The translations under genes and the position numbers were made by a program. A stretch of DNA of 46,986 nucleotides from positions 1 to 46,986 of the forward strand of contig JAFGOT010000031.1 of the NCBI GenBank assembly GCA_016926395.1, read 5' to 3'. Positions 46,319 to 46,986 of the stretch are shown here, piece after piece. Numbering within the stretch: position 1 is the stretch's first letter; each line of letters starts with the position of its first letter. Origin of the DNA: Candidatus Woesearchaeota archaeon (lineage in GTDB: Archaea; Nanobdellota; Nanobdellia; Woesearchaeales; SKGA01). The notes under the pieces were generated by a model. The model saw only the letters and a program-made list of their open reading frames with translations, was not told where the DNA came from and did no database searches.

Positions 46319-46986
46319 ATGAGTGTCAAACGTGTTTGTAAACTACCACATATTGATATAGAATCAAGTGGTCCGCTAAGTGCTTTAGTTACAAATGGTT
46401 TTGGTAGTTACTTTGCAATCGATGAAACTCTAAGTTATCAAGGTTGGTATGTTCTTTCTCCTAAAGAGTGGAGGATGCAAAAGATAATAGAATCCATCAC
46501 TCCTGTTGGTCTTGATTGTGTTGAACTTCAAACTAACTTAAACAACATTAGGAGAAAATTTTCTGATACAAAAGCAGATACTATTTTTTCTTATCAAAAA
46601 ACTTTGCTTTATTCTACAACTGGTTTGGAAGATACTTTTGTTCACTTAACACTTGATCATCGAGATAGTTATGATACTTCAAAATTAGGAAGACATTATA
46701 ATTTGGCAGTTAATGGCGACATTGCAACTATTACTTTTACTCAAGAAGGAGAGTTTACTAGTTACCTTGTTATTAAAGGTGTTAAGCAAGTCAAACTTAT
46801 TGATTCTTGGAGAGAAAAAGAATATTTATTTGATAAACATAGAAACGCCCAATCCAATTATTGGGTTTATGATGCCATTGAATTTATTCCAAATCACCAT
46901 TGCGTTTTTTCTACTTCACAAAATCTAATCGAGGCTAGAACTATTGCTGATATTACTTATTTTCATTTTGATGATATAATCTCAAA
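46319..46986 (+). CDS. glycogen debranching enzyme (amylo-alpha-1,6-glucosidase) N-terminal part, runs off the window
   Basis: Translated by hand from ATG 46319: MSVKRVCKLPH...LVTNGFGSYF...LDHRDSYD...WREKEYLFDKHR. No stop was found; LVTNGxGxY is the GDE_N signature and the operon context fits. Confidence 0.75.
   Translation, partial: MSVKRVCKLPHIDIESSGPLSALVTNGFGSYFAIDETLSYQGWYVLSPKEWRMQKIIESITPVGLDCVELQTNLNNIRRKFSDTKADTIFSYQKTLLYSTTGLEDTFVHLTLDHRDSYDTSKLGRHYNLAVNGDIATITFTQEGEFTSYLVIKGVKQVKLIDSWREKEYLFDKHRNAQSNYWVYDAIEFIPNHHCVFSTSQNLIEARTIADITYFHFDDIIS

Noticed and set aside
1-46986. Genome-wide reassignment of TAG (or TGA) to an amino acid
   Set aside because: Conserved proteins (AckA, aRF1, helicase, DJ-1, Lrp) end at TAG at their expected C-termini. 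aRF1 has normal NIKS, YxCxxxF and GGQ motifs. No CUA-anticodon tRNA is in the window. Only context-specific readthrough remains possible.

Overview
AT-rich chromosomal segment of an archaeon, most consistent with a DPANN (Woesearchaeales-like) lineage. The markers are aRF1, Trm1, Elp3, Dph6, a histone-fold protein, an intron-containing tRNA, TATA boxes about 25 bp before leaderless starts, and GAGGTG Shine-Dalgarno sites. Left end: a fermentation module of NuoF/HydB-like diaphorase, [FeFe]-hydrogenase HydA, MFS transporter, pta and ackA. Middle: housekeeping and translation genes, three tRNAs, peptidases, HD proteins and a 2326-aa surface protein. Right end: a glycogen/alpha-glucan cluster of GT4, degenerate GH57, a small basic-tailed protein, GT3 glycogen synthase and a partial debranching enzyme. 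The most unusual signals are: (1) two unrelated tRNA genes (Ser-CGA, Gly-TCC) lack CCA but are each followed by a 53-54 nt tRNA-like mini-unit that ends in an exact copy of the tRNA 3' end plus CCA; (2) two long genes are each broken by one in-frame TAG in the same TAG-GGG-T context; (3) Dph6 is fused to an intact class I glutamine amidotransferase; (4) the HydB lacks the extra Cys/His metal site typical of bifurcating HydB; (5) an RQC-UvrD-HRDC hybrid helicase. No CRISPR array, rRNA, integrase or transposase was seen. All family assignments come from motif recognition by eye, not database searches.
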